From Paraspadella gotoi (lineage: Eukaryota; Animalia; Chaetognatha): 64,000 bases of DNA. A model generated the notes under the pieces. The model was not told the origin of the DNA, made no database searches, and saw only the letters and a program-made list of their open reading frames with translations. The position numbers were made by a program, and so were the translations under genes. Below are positions 14,251 to 27,524 of the stretch, piece after piece; within the stretch, counting starts at the first letter, position 1; each line of letters begins with the position of its first letter. The stretch spans positions 19,629,936-19,693,935 of the forward strand of contig CM119269.1 in assembly GCA_051294375.1 (NCBI GenBank), given 5' to 3'.

Positions 14251-14263
14251 TTCTCTTCGTTTT

Positions 14264-14490
14264 TATTTCATACCCCACTACTCGTCCGAGATTCAGCAGC
14301 ACCTTTTGGCGCCGGAGGTAGCACGAGCTCCTCCCAACACAAAGGACTCGGGTTCGCGCCCTGCTGATTCACACAAGTAAAAGCGGGACGGGGCGTCTAA
14401 CCCACCTGTAGTGTCGGACTACAGCCCGATCCGAAGTTCGGGACCTTGTGTGCAACGGACGGTAAACTGCTCGCGGCATCGTCTTCCACA
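14264..14490 (+). mobile_element. Family A LTR, 5'-clipped at an apparent assembly junction, followed by CTCA
   Basis: A-box-like TGGCGCCGGAGG, B-box-like GGTTCGCGCC, twister core, ends CCACA|ctca. Confidence 0.8.
14370..14452 (+). ncRNA. Type-P5 twister ribozyme (family A)
   Basis: P5 CACACAAG/CTTGTGTG; L1 GA-CGG; cleavage motif U^AA at 14398/14399; P3 TGTAG/CTACA; P4 CCCGA/TCGGG; L4 TCCGAAGT; pseudoknots CCG:CGG and AC:GT. P1 and P2 are short. Confidence 0.8.
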
Positions 14491-14657
14491 CTCAAACCTT
14501 TTTCTCGTAAAAGCTCAGTTCTAAAATTTTAAGTCTACTTATTTTCAAGATAAAACTAATTTTATCATTAGCAGTTCATTTGAAACAATATATTTTTTTT
14601 AAAAAAACATTTTCCATTTCTGTCAGAAAAATACAATTCACTTGAAAAATGAAGCTT

Positions 14658-14912
14658 TATGGCAACAGCCGGGTTGCCTGTGATGCCCATTGGGATGGGG
14701 CATCTCACTGTTGGCTTTGGGGGCTTCCGACCCTCAGTGACGCCTCCAGTCACTGGCGCGGTTACCCTAGGACGGTCTCGCTTTGCCAACGCAGAGGGAA
14801 GTCGTTAGGACTGTGGATGGAACACTACGCTTGGGATGGTGTGTTCCCCCTCTGAGCCAATGGATTTGGCTGAAGGATGATGGACGTGAGGCGGTGTGAA
14901 TATACCGCCACA
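14658..14912 (-). mobile_element. Family B solo LTR, 255 bp, GCTT TSD
   Basis: Minus strand TGTGGCGG...GCCATA; gctt at 14654-14657 and 14913-14916; nearly identical to 51506-51760. Confidence 0.9.
14710..14790 (-). ncRNA. Type-P5 twister ribozyme (family B, core intact)
   Basis: Minus strand: GTTGGC aaa GCG a GA CCG tcctaggg TAA cCGC GC c AGTGAC..GTCACT ga GGG TCGGAAGC CCC ccaaa-like linker GCCAAC; pseudoknots CGG:CCG and GC:GC. Confidence 0.8.
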
Positions 14913-16276
14913 GCTTCGTGTTTGATCGTGTTGATTTTCACAATTCTTTCTATCGCCACCGCCGAAGAGTAAGTGGTTATACTTATATTGATCCTTTTTT
15001 TTTTAAATTTATACAAAGCATTCATCCAACAATGACTTATTTATATCTTATTATGAAATTAAAGTAATACTGATTATTTTCCCTTTACAATTCATTATTC
15101 ATTTGGCCCAACGAAGTTAAGTAAAAGATAAGCTGTTTTTAAGGTTTGAGAATGTTTTAATAATACAAAAAACTATTTTAGGCATCTCTTGTCGTTGAAA
15201 AAAATTATTATTATATTTTTCTTGAATTTGAAATTCAATCATAAGATAAGATACGGACAAAACCTCTGAAACGTCCATCGCATCATTTCATCAAAACATA
15301 GCAACCATCGATAAGTGCGAAGAAAAATGTTTGTTGCGAGGAACTTGCGAAGGTAAGTACGACAATTTCCGAGGGCATAAATATATAGTATAAATATAAA
15401 TATATAGTATAAATATATAGCCATAATATTTAGTTTTAATGTCCTCTTTTCCCCTCTCGACCGCGCATAAAGGCTTCCTTTACAAAAGCAACGAACAACT
15501 TTGTGGAATCTACGCCGTTCCAATCGACACGGATGTTATGATCATTGCGCCAGAGCTCGGCGTCTGCACGACGGGCGATTGCCGCAACGCCAACCGAAAG
15601 CGAGAAATTTCGCTGCTCAAAAGGATCTTATTATCTCTTCTGTCATAGACTCGGCGAAGAAAAATAAAGTGGCCAAGAGTCTTGACCAAAACTAGGGGTC
15701 AAGAAATTATGCGGAAGAGATTATGTGTAATTCCTTTCTTTTTTGTTGTTTTTGTATAGAGAGACAGTTTGAGTATTTTTGCAACAACAATTTAATTTAA
15801 CAATGGACGAACATGTTTCGGCTCAAATTCGAGCCTTCCTCAGCGCCAAATTAGAGATGAAGAGATTGGAATTTACAAACAACTGATATATTTTTTTATT
15901 TGTAAATAGGAAATTTTTATATAGAATCTCCTTGAAGATTCTCATTCATAATTTATATTTACAAATAGAGTTTTAACTACCCACAAAATATATACTAGTA
16001 CGTATTCTTTACATATTATAAGCGATCGGATAATTCTAAGCAATACTTCCAAATTGTCATGCCTGTAAAGACTCAGCGACTCTCAATGTCCGCCATTTTT
16101 TCATTCGCGACATGCCAAGCCCGACCATGCTTTACTGAAACGCACCGATGCGCGCCTTCGAGAGAGAGCGTTGAGCGAACAATGTAGCCGACCGCGCGTA
16201 AACAATCGAACGCGCATGCGCAGATTTCGCTTCTTTTGGGACCATTTTTCAGCTGAAGGCTAAACAGAAAAGAGTA

Positions 16277-16392
<116 letters not shown>

Positions 16393-17446
16393 TGTTGTGC
16401 AAACAAATAACTTTGTGAAACCGGAGACGACTTTGTCCGCAAGCGTCAATAAAACTAACTATAACAACAACGCTCACGAGGATGCCAGCTTAACCCGCTA
16501 GAACATATAGCACGAGTTACAATTTATATCAAACTCAACTACAAGCAAAACAACAATTAAATCAGAAAATAAAAAAAATATTCCCGTAGACGGAAAGTTT
16601 TCAGTCGGCGGAGAAAAAATAACAACAACAAAGACCAGTTTCTCTGTTTACGTCACGTGATTCGGGATTGAGGGAATAGGTAGATACATGATAGATTTTA
16701 GAGAATTATGTCATAACTGTTGTGGAGGATTTCATAAGATTTGATCGAGGCAAAAACGTGATTTATGTGGCCATTCAGTCGAAAAACAAGAGAGTTTAAA
16801 GAAAGAAATTCGTTTTTAAAACGTTAAGATTCAGACATGATTTAGACCTTAGTTTCTATACTTTATACTATACTATACTTTATACAATAAAAATAATACA
16901 TTTCTTTTAAAAAATCTTTTCTCGCTCGCGACGAATTTTTCCAAGCGTCCAAGAAATTTGAAAGGCTACCCAAAGTATTTTCAACGGCGCCCGTTGGGAA
17001 AGCCTTCATTGCTTCCACTATTGAGACAGTTATGGGAATAATTTTGGGTCATGTTGGGTATCGATCAAAAAACAAAAGCACCCAGTTTCCCCTCTCAAGC
17101 GGTAAACTTCGAATCATAACATCATATCAAATGTTCCTAAAATTCGGAGTCGAGGAACCTTGCTAATTAATTGGGTAATGATATTCAGTTCGGTCGAAGA
17201 GACAAACGAGAGATCAGGTCGAAATTTCCCCTCGATGGGCAAAGAGCCTGATGACGATTATTTTTCCGGAGGGAATTTGGAATGAGTGGCCGAGGATTCT
17301 TCACTGAAAGACTCGAGCGTTTTGCGATTTGTGATTTGTGACTTAAAAAAAATCACGAAAATGATGAACCTTTAAAAAAAAATAAGATCAGAGCTGAAAA
17401 TGACGGACGACGATGCATCGGTAACGATGTCACCCATTAGGACAAC

Positions 17447-17559
<113 letters not shown>

Positions 17560-20500
17560 ACTTATTATCAGCAGAACCGAAGCCAGCGACATCCCGTACG
17601 AGAGAGAAATGATAAATGGCGGAGAAGGAAAAACCATCTCACAGAAATGTGAATAAGGAAGACGAAAGGGAGAGAGGAGGGGAAAATTGTGAATCTGGAA
17701 TCGTGAGAGGGAGCCTTGGGAGAAGAGAGTATAAAAAACGGGAGAGGGAGAGAGAAATCGTGAGGGGTTCTTGAAAAGGGGAAGAGGTGAGGGAAAGCGA
17801 AAGCAATGAAAGAAAAGAAAAATGAGAGGAAGGAAAATGAAAAGGAATAAGCAAAAATAAATAAACAAAAAAAGTTTTCTTGAAAAACGAGAGTTGGGGA
17901 ATTGGGAGTTGTTTACCGTCCAACGTTATGATCGAAATACGCGCTATTTCGAGGATTCTGTAGGGTTGCTTTTTATCTTTAAATTGCGTTTAAAAAAATC
18001 ATTTATTTAAAAATAAAACGGTAATAACAGANNNNNNNNNNNNNNNNNNNNNNNNNNNNNNNNNNNNNNNNNNNNNNNNNNNNNNNNNNNNNNNNNNNNN
18101 NNNNNNNNNNNNNNNNNNNNNNNNNNNNNNNNNNNNNNNNNNNNNNNNNNNNNNNNNNNNNNNNNNNNNNNNNNNNNNNNNNNNNNNNNNNNNNNNNNNN
18201 NNNNNNNNNNNNNNNNNNNNNNNNNNNNNNNNNNNNNNNNNNNNNCGTTCCAACTCAAATCGCGCACCGTAACAGCAAATGGAACAGAACGCGCGGTTGC
18301 GTCGTCGTAATTGATGTCTGAATCTGCAGAAGTTGGACGAAATGTTGTCGTTCGAAGCGGAACAAACGAGCTTATTTACTTTTGCTATTTTGATGCAAAA
18401 CGAGGAATAGTTTCAGAAAGAAAACGCACAAACTACGTTCACCTCCCGGGGGTTTTTTCTCTCGTTTTTTTTTTTTGAAATATAATCGATAATTCTATAC
18501 TTCGTTGATTGGAAGGTCTCTAAGAATAATCTTGCTAAGGTAAACGACCCAACGTCTATAATTATAAAAAAATACAAGTTTATAAGTGAGCGAGAAGAGA
18601 GGGGGTCGCCATCCCCCACAGAGGCCTCTGACGTTGTGGACTCCTCCCCCCCTAAGAACGCTCACTAAGGTGGGACAGAATTTGTCACTTTTTATCTCCG
18701 TCAGTTGCTTTGCTTTGCTTGCTGATAAATTTTTAAAAAATATATAAATAAATAAAAAAAGGAAAACAAAACAGAAACTTCGATCACAATGAATGAGTCC
18801 TTTAAAAGAATTAACTCCAATTTATTTAGCTAATATCCTTTACTATTCATAAATTTGAAATCAAGTTTTTGTGCAATTTTTACCTACAATTATTTCAGTG
18901 TTTAATTAAAACCAGAATAAAAAAAAAAACTATTAATTTCTCATAAAGCAAAATCTTCATATGATAAATAACTAGATAATAACTTAAACTGCTAAAAGAC
19001 TTATATTACGGAAACGTTTCTGACGAAAATTCTGACGCTAGCATATCTCTAAAAAGTCTCTCCTAAAGATTGCTCCTTCAATAAAGGATGGTTTCTCTCT
19101 CTTCTGCCATAAAGATTGCCCCGAGTCCCAAAAAAATGGAGCGCCTCCCCAGTTATAAATTTCAATACAGAGAAAACAAAAAATAAAGCTAAAATAAAAA
19201 CCGGAAAAACGAGGGAAAAATACAAATAAAACAACAACAGCAACAACAACAACAATGAAACTCCGAAAGCAAACAAAAGGGAAAGAACGTGAGGGAGTAA
19301 GATGAATCGGCTCAGTTTCTGTCAAAAAAGAGTCTGACATTAACATTGAGGGAAAAAAAGAGGGAGATAGAGAGAAGAGAGATGGAGAGAGAGTGAGAGA
19401 GGGAAAAGAGATATGGGGAGGAAGAGAGAGATTAACGTTGAGTGCCCCAAAANNNNNNNNNNNNNNNNNNNNNNNNNNNNNNNNNNNNNNNNNNNNNNNN
19501 NNNNNNNNNNNNNNNNNNNNNNNNNNNNNNNNNNNNNNNNNNNNNNNNNNNNNNNNNNNNNNNNNNNNNNNNNNNNNNNNNNNNNNNNNNNNNNNNNNNN
19601 NNNNNNNNNNNNNNNNNNNNNNNNNNNNNNNNNNNNNNNNNNNNNNNNNNNNNNNNNNNNNNNNNNNNNNNNNNNNNNNNNNNNNNNNNNNNNNNGATGC
19701 GTAGACTATAGGAGGGACAATGGAACATCATTTCCATTTTCCTGCGCAATTTTTATTTCAGCCGTTGGACAACAGCCATTGGTTGCCAGGAGTTTCGTTC
19801 TCGCGCTTAAAAAAGATATTTCTTTTAAGTAATGTAATGTATATTGTTTCCTCACTTGACTAACTATTTTTGTCTACTTATTAGGAATTAAAACTGGCGT
19901 TTTTCCGATCTTTAAAAATTCTATTCACGTTTAACCAATAAAAAAAGTAAAAAAAGTTTTGGTTTTTCGAAATAGAAACCGATTCTGAACAAAAACAATA
20001 ACAAAGACAAAAATGGTTATTCAATAAAGAAAAAGGGGATTGAGGCTCCGCGTTTACTGCAGTCGTAAGTTATGATTCTCCCCACTGATATCTCNNNNNN
20101 NNNNNNNNNNNNNNNNNNNNNNNNNNNNNNNNNNNNNNNNNNNNNNNNNNNNNNNNNNNNNNNNNNNNNNNNNNNNNNNNNNNNNNNNNNNNNNNNNNNN
20201 NNNNNNNNNNNNNNNNNNNNNNNNNNNNNNNNNNNNNNNNNNNNNNNNNNNNNNNNNNNNNNNNNNNNNNNNNNNNNNNNNNNNNNNNNNNNNNNNNNNN
20301 NNNNNNNNNNNNNNNNNNNNNNNNNNNNNNNNNNNNNNNNNNNNNNNNNNNNNNNNNNNNCTTTATTACGATCGCAGGGTTTCCGTTCCCATCACAGGTT
20401 ATCGTAAAGTTATATTTTCCTTCTCACAGAAAACAGATAAAACAGCGGTTNNNNNNNNNNNNNNNNNNNNNNNNNNNNNNNNNNNNNNNNNNNNNNNNNN

Positions 20501-22800
20501 NNNNNNNNNNNNNNNNNNNNNNNNNNNNNNNNNNNNNNNNNNNNNNNNNNNNNNNNNNNNNNNNNNNNNNNNNNNNNNNNNNNNNNNNNNNNNNNNNNNN
20601 NNNNNNNNNNNNNNNNNNNNNNNNNNNNNNNNNNNNNNNNNNNNNNNNNNNNNNNNNNNNNNNNNNNNNNNNNNNNNNNNNNNNNNNNNNNNNNNNNNNN
20701 NNNNNNNNNNNNNNNNNNNNNNNNNNNNNNNNNNNNNNNNNNNNNNNNNNNNNNGGACGGAAATTTCCATGGAACCGAATGGAACCGGAATTCGGTAATA
20801 AAACTCACGTCATTGANNNNNNNNNNAACAAAGTTGACAAACAACGATTTTTTTGTTAAAACAAGAGCGGAAATTCAATTGTGTGTCGCGCCGCAGTGAC
20901 TTTCTTAGCCTGTCTTTTATTCTTTATAGTTTTATGATTTCCTGAAGGCGGCGCTAGCAGCCACTTAGATTTGAAGTTTTTTCCTGTCTTTACAAATGTG
21001 CAAACGAGCTACTACCGACCGACCGACATACTGACCGACAGACCGACAGATCGAACGAAAATTGTCTCATAGGTTGCGGCGTAACTAATAAAACGGCCAT
21101 GTTTCGACTCTTCTATGTTTGCGACTCTTCATCAGCAAAAGTCATAACACAAAGAATGGAGAGGAAAATCAACAAGAAATGTACTNNNNNNNNNNNNNNN
21201 NNNNNNNNNNNNNNNNNNNNNNNNNNNNNNNNNNNNNNNNNNNNNNNNNNNNNNNNNNNNNNNNNNNNNNNNNNNNNNNNNNNNNNNNNNNNNNNNNNNN
21301 NNNNNNNNNNNNNNNNNNNNNNNNNNNNNNNNNNNNNNNNNNNNNNNNNNNNNNNNNNNNNNNNNNNNNNNNNNNNNTGGAAAGAAAAGAAGGGGAATTA
21401 TGGCTGGAAGCTTCACGACGGGATCCCTGGAGAGAATATTGGAAAGAAGGTAAAGAAAAAAAAGAGAGAAAAAGAAAAGAGAGTTGGATAAAGATTTACG
21501 AATATGAGCAATATGAGAGATGAAAAATTAGAAAATATGGATGGTAATAGGTTTACAATACAAATACAAAAAATTAAAACCTGGGAAAACAAAAGAAACA
21601 CTTAAAATTATTCCAAAATCTACAGAAATACGGATTGCGATTCCCTAATCGTTCGAGAAAGAGTAAAAGAGGATCCGATATTGAATCCTGTCCCGTCAAA
21701 CGTCAAGTTTTCCCGCCATTTTGTAAATGATTTTTATTTTTTGGCGCGATATTCGAAATATCGTAGGGGCCAATCATCGACGTTTTCGTTTTGTTCGTCT
21801 TTACGATCGACAGAAATGTTTTTTTTTTTCTATTAAAAAAATGAATCAATTTACAATTACAATCTTAATACGCAATACAAATAAATGACTTTCAAAAAAG
21901 AAACAAAGACAATGACGTTGGGACAACGACGACAACGAACTAAGCGAAAATATTTGATTCAAGTACCTTGGTCGTAAATAGGCTCAAGTCAATCTAGATT
22001 TCCTGCCAAATCATCAAAGAAGACGGCGATGATCATAACCACGACGACGACGACGACGACGACGACGAAGAGAGGTTATATGTCACAACTTGTGGCGACA
22101 GCAGATTGGAACGAATCGACCGAGACGGGTTAAAGGTTAAGGAGCTTAAAGTTAATCAATGAAACTAGTCCAAAATCATAATTTCGAAATCAATGCGTAA
22201 ACAGTCATGAAATGTGCGGAAAAAGGGATTCTTATTTACGCTACTAAGTGATTATTTTTTTTTTTATTTAAATAACAAGAAACAAAGGAAAAAAAAAATC
22301 GTAGTACATAATTAATCTGAATGACATGGAAAAAATATGGAGCAGAAATAGATCATGGATGAAAAGAACAAAATTTGAGGAGCGACGCTGCGAAGTGATG
22401 AGTTAACGAGCAGAGCCGAGGGGGATAGGAGTGAAGGGGCGGGGGGGAATAGTTGAGGGGGCGGAGAGATTTGGCGGCGTCGACCCGAATTGAGCGTCGA
22501 ACGTCGATGACTTTCTATTTCTGACCAGAGCGACGACACTCGGCGTCGTCGCTGTCGTCGTCGTCGTCTTAGTCGCTGTCAGCGCCTTCGAGGTCGGCCG
22601 AAGTCTTCGAAAGAAAATAAGATCGCAAAAAAAAAAGATAAAGTTGACGTTTAATGTCGGAGATGACGATGGACGACGACGATATCGAAGACGACGACGT
22701 AGACGACGACGTCGAGGAATGTAGACAATTTTTAAAAATTCAACTAAACGTCTGGCTTGGTGGACAAAAACAAACAAATTATTTAACGTGTGCAATAAAC

Positions 22801-22975
22801 ATTAGAGTGGAGCACTCAAGAACAAAACAATTATTTGAATGATCGAATAAGGATATTTAGATGTGAGATAGTATGATAAGCTAGTACAAAAAATATTTTG
22901 TTCATATTGTCTCGGGAACAGAATAGTAAAATATAATACATTTGTAGTAATATTCTTATTTAAAATTTAAAATTT
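22801..22975. repeat. Dispersed repeat, reverse complement of ~44165-44338 (AT-rich MITE end)
   Basis: attagagtggagcactcaagaacaaaa...tctcgggaaca matches the minus strand of 44214-44338. Confidence 0.7.
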
Positions 22976-25900
22976 AATAATTACATGTCCATAGGCAGCA
23001 AAAAAATAATGTTCAACCACTCAATCTTTTCATCACTCCACCCTAATAAACATACGTAAACAAATTAATGAAAAAAGGGGAAAAACGGCGAAAAATGACG
23101 AGGATGATAATGATATTTGATGTCAGTGTTGTCGTTGTTATTGTTGTTGTTGTTGATGATGATGATGATGATAATGATGATAATGATGATGATGATGATG
23201 ATGATGATGACGATTAGCTTATTTTAACGTCAATTTTCATCTCAGCTAAATGTTTTCAAATCATTATTTCTTCTTTCTTTCCGTCGTAATTTCTAATCTT
23301 TGAATTTGTTTCTTGTGATCTTCATATTGTAATTTCATTACATCATTGTATCAATCAAATGTTGCCCCAGTTTGTCATATTTTTCTCTGACTGTCTCCTT
23401 CTCTATATTTTCTTGCGGCCGTCTCGGTCTCTCTCTTTTCCCTTGACTGTCTCCTTCTCTGTCTTTTCCCCCCATCTTCCCATTTAAACAGAAATTCTGA
23501 GTCTCGCGAGAGGGAGAGGCGTAGGAATACAAATCGAGGTCAGTCAAAATCTACCCTTACCTTGGAACGAAGAAGTTTCTCTCTCTCTCTCTCTCTCTTT
23601 TTATTACTCTTCCTTTCTCTCTCTTCCCAGGACCTCTCTCACTTTTTCATATTCACTTCTATCCTTCTTCCTACAACCGGCTTGGAAACTCTCTCTCTCT
23701 CTCTCTCTCTTACTCTCTCTCTCTCTCTCCCTCTCTCTCTCCATCTTTTTTCTCTTTCTCCCTTATTACGATCGCAGGGTTTCCGTTCCATCACAGGTTA
23801 TCGTAAAGTTTATATTTTCCTTCTCACAGAAACAGATAAAACAGCGGTTAAGTTGTCCTATTAAACGTGAATACTTTAAAATCTTCTCTTTTCTTCAAGT
23901 TAGTTTGTTAGCTTGTTAGTTTCCGTTATTGTATTGTGATCTTATTTTTCATTCCTCTATCCCCCCACACAAATCTTTCGATCTCCTCGCACTCTTCCCT
24001 CACAACTTTCCCCCCCCTAATCTTCTGCTCTTCCTGTTTCCCCCCCCTCAACATCAGACACTGATTAAGGAATCTCGCGATGAATTCCTCGTTGGACGGA
24101 AATTTCCATGGAACCGAATGGAACCGGAATTCGTAATAAACTCACGTTATATGATTTTCCATTTTCGCCCGCACGGAGCTTCGAGGCGGGGTTCGATACC
24201 CAGGCCTCAATGAATTAGATGAAGGGGGAGAGAGAGAGGAGAGAGAGAGAGAAGGAAAGAGGAATACGAGAGAAGAGAAGATAACAGCATTCGGAGAGAA
24301 AAGTAAAAAAGGTTGGATGCGAGAGATTGGAAGTTAAGCAAATGTAAGAAAAAATCAGTTAAAACATATATGATGAATTGAGTTTTAGAGAAAACAAAGT
24401 TTAGAAACAACGATTTTTTTGGTTAAAACAAGAGCGGAAATTCAATTTGTGGTCGCGCCGCCCCAGTGACTTTCTTAGCCTGTCTTTTATTCTTGATATT
24501 TTAATGTTCCTGAAGGCGGCTGCTAGCAGCCACTTAGATTTGAAGTTTTTTTCCTGTCATTTACAAATGGGATGCACAAACGAGCTTACTACCCGACCGG
24601 ACATACTGACCGACAGACCGACAGATGAACGAAAATTCGTCTTCATAGGTTGCGGGGCGGCGAAACTAATAAACGGCCATGTTTCGACTCTCTATGTTTG
24701 CGACTCTTCATCAGCAAAAGTCATAACGAAAAGAATGGAGAGGAAAATAAACAAAGCAAATGTCTAAGGAGATCGGGTTTATTAGAGAGGGTTCAAAATT
24801 TCGGCATAGATTTCTAGTTGCAAGGTTTCAGTAAAATGAAAAAAAAATAAGTAGAAAAGAGAAGAGCAAAGAAAATAAAAGGAGAATTTTTGGATGGAAA
24901 GAAAAAGAAGGGGAATTATGGCTGGATAGCTTCACGCGGATCCCTGGAAGACGATATTGGAAAGAAGGTAANNNNNNNNNNNNNNNNNNNNNNNNNTTTC
25001 TGCCTTGTGAGGGCGAGAAGAAAATTTAGAGCGAAGTCAGTCGGAACCCATTAAACCGAAAGAAAGTACAGGCGAGGTTAGAGTCTGGCAAATACCGAAA
25101 GCTCCATGAAGTTTGATTGAAGAATCGAAAAAGCTAAAAACAAGAATTTTTTGCTTTTTTTAACAATTTCTTCAAACGATATTAATAAAGAACGAAAGGT
25201 AATTCAGAGCTATTGCGGCACATTGACCATCTCTTTATAAGAGTGAAAGAATATTATATATATATATATATTATATATATTGTACCAATTTCATAAAAAA
25301 ATAACTCTTCTTTTATTCGCTAAGTATTGGTTAAAAGAACAAAATTCCGTACTTTAATCTCAATTGACTTTCGGTTTGAGAAACTGAATTCGTAATTTAT
25401 TGGTATTAAACATTATAGGTTATATGTTATAAGGGTTTAAAATACAGGATANNNNNNNNNNNNNNNNNNNNNNNNNNNNNNNNNNNNNNNNNNNNNNNNN
25501 NNNNNNNNNNNNNNNNNNNNNNNNNNNNNNNNNNNNNNNNNNNNNNNNNNNNNNNNNNNNNNNNNNNNNNNNNNNNNNNNNNNNNNNNNNNNNNNNNNNN
25601 NNNNNNNNNNNNNNNNNNNNNNNNNNNNNNNNNNNNNNNNNNNNNNNNNNNNNNNNNNNNNNNNNNNNAGAGAGAGAGAAAGTGGGAGAGAGAGGGACTT
25701 TCTGAGCCAAAAACTGAGCCATTAGGGGAAATGCGATTCTCTCGTGACTTCATAGAAAATTTTCGTGTCAATGATCTCCCATCAAAATAGGCGGAAGTGG
25801 GTCGTCGTCGTCGTCAACGTTGTTGTTGTTGTCGTTTGCGTCATCGTTATCAACACAAAGCTCGCCGAGTGGATGAGGTCATTGTCGTAGTCGTCAGGCT

Positions 25901-26593
25901 AAATGAGATTCATATTGTCAGAGTTGTCATCGTTTCTCGCTTCGAGCTTTTCTTTGCAGGTAAATGTATCTCGTAGTAAGTGTCGTCCAGTCTGTTGTCT
26001 TTTCAAATTAGGACAGTGACTCAAAAAATGGCGGAGCTTAAAATTCAATGCCCGATAAAAATTTACTTTTTTTTTTTTTGTGGGTCATTTCCAAAATTGG
26101 AATTTCAGGTTGAGTTAGAACGGCGAAGACGACGATGATGATGATAACTTTTTAGACGATAATAACGACGATTCCGATTATCGAGATGACGGCGACGACG
26201 ACAACGATGATGATGATCATCATTATTTTAAGCATTATCTTGATTATTACGATGATTATACCTTAACGAAAAACACAGATGATGAAACCCAGGGATTTTC
26301 TCTCTCCAATTCATCTTTAAAATCTTTTCCTTTCTTCCAAAATCATTTTCCGACTCAATCGTTCCTTCCTTTTTCATTTTTCCACCGACCAAAAAAAAAA
26401 ACCTGTGACCCCTCCCCTTCCATGCTCCCACCTTTACACCCCGCCGTTTCCCCTTCCCCTTCCATCTCCCACTTTTACACCCCCGCTACCAAAACCCAAC
26501 GACTTGGCGATGGTATGGATTCTTGACCATTTTTCATTCGCGTCGGAAGGAACAATTCGATACGAGCAGAGAGAATTCTCTCTCTCTCTTCTC

Positions 26594-26626
<33 letters not shown>

Positions 26627-27470
26627 TCTCTCTCTCTCCTCTCTCTCTTTCTCTCTTTTTCTCTCTCTTTTTCTATCTCTCTTTTTCTTTCTTTTTCTCT
26701 CTCTGTTTCTTCTCCTTTCTCTCTGCTCGCGAACGAATGATTTGTGGAGGGGAGAAAAAATATCTGCCTGAAAAAAAAAAAAAACGAAATTGAAAACTGT
26801 CGAAAGGTTTTTTTTTAATTATTACTTTCTTTATTCTGAATTAAAGGCTCATCTTGTTTACAACCTCGTTTACAAATTCGTTAGTTTTTTTAAATACATT
26901 TTCTCTTTTAGATTTTAAAGAGTAATTATTTTATTAATATTTTATTAAAATATTTTTTTAAATTAAATTTAAATTGATATTTATATATATTACATGCTTG
27001 CAGTTTTACCGAACTCAGAAGTAAAGCATATTTTAAATGTTTTAAATCGATTTGGACAATTTTTTTTATTTTGTATAAAACTTTTTAGAAGTTTTTGATA
27101 AATAAATTATTTTTCTTGTAACTTAGCGGCGGCTCCTTGGATTTAGAAATGGTATTACATCGTACGCCAAAGACTAATGATAATTACTGTATTGGTTATT
27201 GCCAATTGTACAAAATTCATAACGGTTAGTATGTAAGGTACTGTGTCAAGACGAGGAGAGAGGAGAACTGAGGAGAGAGAACGGAGAGAGAAGGAAGACG
27301 GAGGAGAGACAGGACCCTGGGAACAAAAGAAGTAAACTCAGGGATAAGGTCCACTGACAAGGGAATCAAGATCGGAAGGAAAGAATTAAGAAAATGGCGG
27401 CCGGCGGAGAAAATCCTTGTGCAAAGATTGAGAGAGAGAGAGAGAGAGAGAAAAGAGAGAGAAAAGAGAG

Positions 27471-27524
<54 letters not shown>

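Noticed and set aside
17999-25771. ORFs containing X runs or SL/ER repeats
   Set aside because: Artefacts of N gaps and (GA)n microsatellites.
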